The translations under genes were made by a program, and so were the position numbers. The notes beneath the pieces were generated by a model that worked only from the letters and a program-made list of their open reading frames with translations, did not search any database and was not told the DNA's origin. Below are positions 62,060-64,000 of a stretch of DNA of 64,000 nt, in pieces (positions within the stretch are counted from its first letter, which is position 1; every line of letters starts with the position of its first letter). The stretch comes from Bacteroidales bacterium (GTDB lineage Bacteria > Bacteroidota > Bacteroidia > Bacteroidales > FEN-979), in NCBI GenBank assembly GCA_017882335.1, contig JADGPR010000004.1, positions 24,688 to 88,687 of the forward strand, in the 5' to 3' direction.

Positions 62060-64000
62060 TTAATCTGTTATGATAATGTTTTTCAGGGATTTTTTGTATA
62101 ACAATCGTAAAAAAGTCGGAAAGACAAACAACAGCAGGGGCATAGCGACGATAAAACCTCCGATCACCGCGATTGCGAGGGGTTGTTGCATCTGGGCCCC
62201 GATGCCAAGTCCCAGCGCCAGGGGAGAAAGTGCAAGGATAGCACCGATGGCGGTCATTAAATTCGGCCGGATCCGCACGGAAATTGCATACCCGATCGAC
62301 AGATCCACATTACCGGTTATTTTTAAAGTGGTTAAAAACTGGTTGACGGTAAAAATAGCATTTTCCGCGATGATCCCAACAATCATGATAATTCCGGTAT
62401 AGCTGGCCACATTCAGCTGAATCCCTGAAAGGAATAACGCCCAGATGCTGCCCCCGATCCCGATGATGGAAATGAAGATGACCAGGAAGGTGATCTTCAG
62501 CTTCCTGAACAGGAACAACATTACGGCAAAGACCAGCAATATCGCAGAGATCAGGATCATCAGCAATTCCCGGAACGAAGACTGCTGTTCAGCATAGGTT
62601 CCACCGAAAACGATATAGGACCCCGGTGGAAGGAGAATGTTCTTCCCGATAACGGCTTTAATTTCGGAGATCGCACTCCCAAGATCCCTATTCTCAAGGC
62701 GTGCGGTCACCACTACATTTGATTTCAGGTCTTCACGGGTGATGTCCGGGTCACCGGCTGACAATTCAACATTTGCAAAATATTCAAGCGGACGGGAAAT
62801 TCCGTCAGGTGCAAAGATCAGCTGCTTTTTAATTCTTTCTAGGTTGTTCTCCTTAACATTGATAAATCGCATCAGGATCCGGATCATCTGTTCACCTTCC
62901 TGCACCCGGCCAACTTCCACGCCTTCATTGCATGCTTTGATCTGTGTTTGAAAGTCGGCAGGGGAGAGGTTGAATTGCGCCAGTTTGGAAGGGTCCGGAA
63001 TGATGGTGATCGTGGGACCATCAATGATGATGCCGCTTTGAACATCTGCAACACCGGGAATCTTACTCAATAAGGTCTTCGTTTTATAAGCCAGCAACCT
63101 TAATTGCGTAAGATCGTCCCCGAAGATCTTGATCTCAACTGGCTGCGGCCTCCCGATCAGGTCACCAAGCAGATCGGCAATGCGCTGACCGAATTCAATG
63201 TTCAGCGCGGGTTCCCTGGATGCTACCTGCTGCCGTAATTCCGATATCACCTTTTCTGTCGTCTTGCGAGTACCCTTCTTCAGCTGAATGAGGTAATCGC
63301 CTTCATTTGGCGGGATAACCCCGGATGCCATGCTGATGCTTGAAGCCATATTGATCCCGGTACGCCGCATGTATGTCGAAACATCCGGATGTTTCATCAC
63401 CACAGTATCAACCTCCCGGAGAATGGCATCGGATGCATCCAGTGAGGTTCCGGGGGGCGATAAATAATCCAACACGATCGTGCCTTCATCGAGAACCGGA
63501 AGAAACCCCGTTTTCAGTTGATTGATCAGAAAAACTGATGAAATCACAAGTACCAGCACGAAAACGATGGCAAAAACAGGCTTATCAAAAAACCAGATCA
63601 ACCAGGATAACCTTGGTTTTTCTTCGGAAACGGCTTTCCGGGCCAGGAAAGAAAATTTCCGGTGGGGCTTGTAACCGAACAACAGGTGAAGGGCCGGCAA
63701 TCCGAGCCAGGTAGAAAGAAAGGAACAAACCAGTGTGATCTCCATTGTCAGTGAAAGCTCCTTGAAGAAACTGCCGGCAACCCCACTCATCAGGACGAAA
63801 GGGAAGAAAATGACAATGGTACTCAACGATGAGCCGACCATGGCAGGGAAAATTCCATGAATGGCTTCCTTTACAACCGTATGTTTGTCTTTATCCGGGT
63901 ATTCCTCATGGATACGATGAATCTGCTCGATTACTACGATGGCATCGTCGATGATAAGTCCGATCGATGCGGCAATGGCCCCGAGCGACATGATGTTTAG
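62060..64000 (-). CDS. RND (AcrB/CzcA-type) efflux transporter permease, C-terminal about 645 codons; 5' part beyond window edge
   Basis: The translation starts mid-protein at the conserved GLIIDDAIVVIEQI segment. A periplasmic porter/docking region and a second 6-TM bundle follow. The ORF is open to position 64000. Confidence 0.9.
   Translation of the reverse strand, partial: LNIMSLGAIAASIGLIIDDAIVVIEQIHRIHEEYPDKDKHTVVKEAIHGIFPAMVGSSLSTIVIFFPFVLMSGVAGSFFKELSLTMEITLVCSFLSTWLGLPALHLLFGYKPHRKFSFLARKAVSEEKPRLSWLIWFFDKPVFAIVFVLVLVISSVFLINQLKTGFLPVLDEGTIVLDYLSPPGTSLDASDAILREVDTVVMKHPDVSTYMRRTGINMASSISMASGVIPPNEGDYLIQLKKGTRKTTEKVISELRQQVASREPALNIEFGQRIADLLGDLIGRPQPVEIKIFGDDLTQLRLLAYKTKTLLSKIPGVADVQSGIIIDGPTITIIPDPSKLAQFNLSPADFQTQIKACNEGVEVGRVQEGEQMIRILMRFINVKENNLERIKKQLIFAPDGISRPLEYFANVELSAGDPDITREDLKSNVVVTARLENRDLGSAISEIKAVIGKNILLPPGSYIVFGGTYAEQQSSFRELLMILISAILLVFAVMLFLFRKLKITFLVIFISIIGIGGSIWALFLSGIQLNVASYTGIIMIVGIIAENAIFTVNQFLTTLKITGNVDLSIGYAISVRIRPNLMTAIGAILALSPLALGLGIGAQMQQPLAIAVIGGFIVAMPLLLFVFPTFLRLLYKKSLKNIIITD

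Noticed and set aside
1-64000. Search by eye for mobile elements, CRISPR arrays, defence systems, toxin-antitoxin pairs and rRNA/tRNA genes.
   Set aside because: No transposase, integrase, recombinase, phage or Cas-like translation appears in the six-frame track. There is no spacer-repeat array and no intergenic region long enough and structured like a tRNA or rRNA. The window reads as conserved core chromosome.

Overview
This 64-kb window looks like chromosomal core sequence from a Bacteroidota (Bacteroidia-like) bacterium. The lineage call rests on a complete porP-gldK-gldL-gldM-gldN type IX secretion (T9SS) block with sprE/porW 5 kb away, on TAnnTTTG -7 promoter boxes close to start codons, and on the near absence of Shine-Dalgarno sequences. 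Methylmalonyl-CoA mutase and acetate kinase suggest, as an inference only, a fermentative propionate/acetate producer. I call about 58 tightly packed CDS on both strands, almost all housekeeping. They include a WbpE/D/B-like sugar-nucleotide trio, galE, rfbB, fabD, folE-queD, dxr-rseP, recG, pheT, a sensor-less sigma-54 activator followed by lptE-like, secG and groES-groEL, rlmN, adenine deaminase, yebC, ackA, kdsB, trmB, an S46 peptidase, mutA/mutB, purE/hpt, adk, obg, and a truncated RND pump at the right edge. Reading by eye, I saw no rRNA, tRNA, CRISPR array, transposase, integrase or phage gene, and I did not find a convincing new multi-gene system. The most unusual signals are non-coding. 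(1) Short degenerate 7-bp (once 8-bp) periodic tandem tracts fill several intergenic spacers: galE-rfbB, rseP/yitT, hpt-adk, adk-obg, and the spacer upstream of a small membrane-protein gene. (2) Two GC-rich palindromes share the arms CCTGCCTG/CAGGCAGG and sit inside coding sequence, one at the dxr 3' tail and one within the S46 peptidase. (3) The predicted purE and hpt promoters are interleaved. (4) A perfect 12-bp inverted repeat lies in the sprE/M23-peptidase control region. All functional calls come from motif recognition in the supplied translations. No database search or computation was run.
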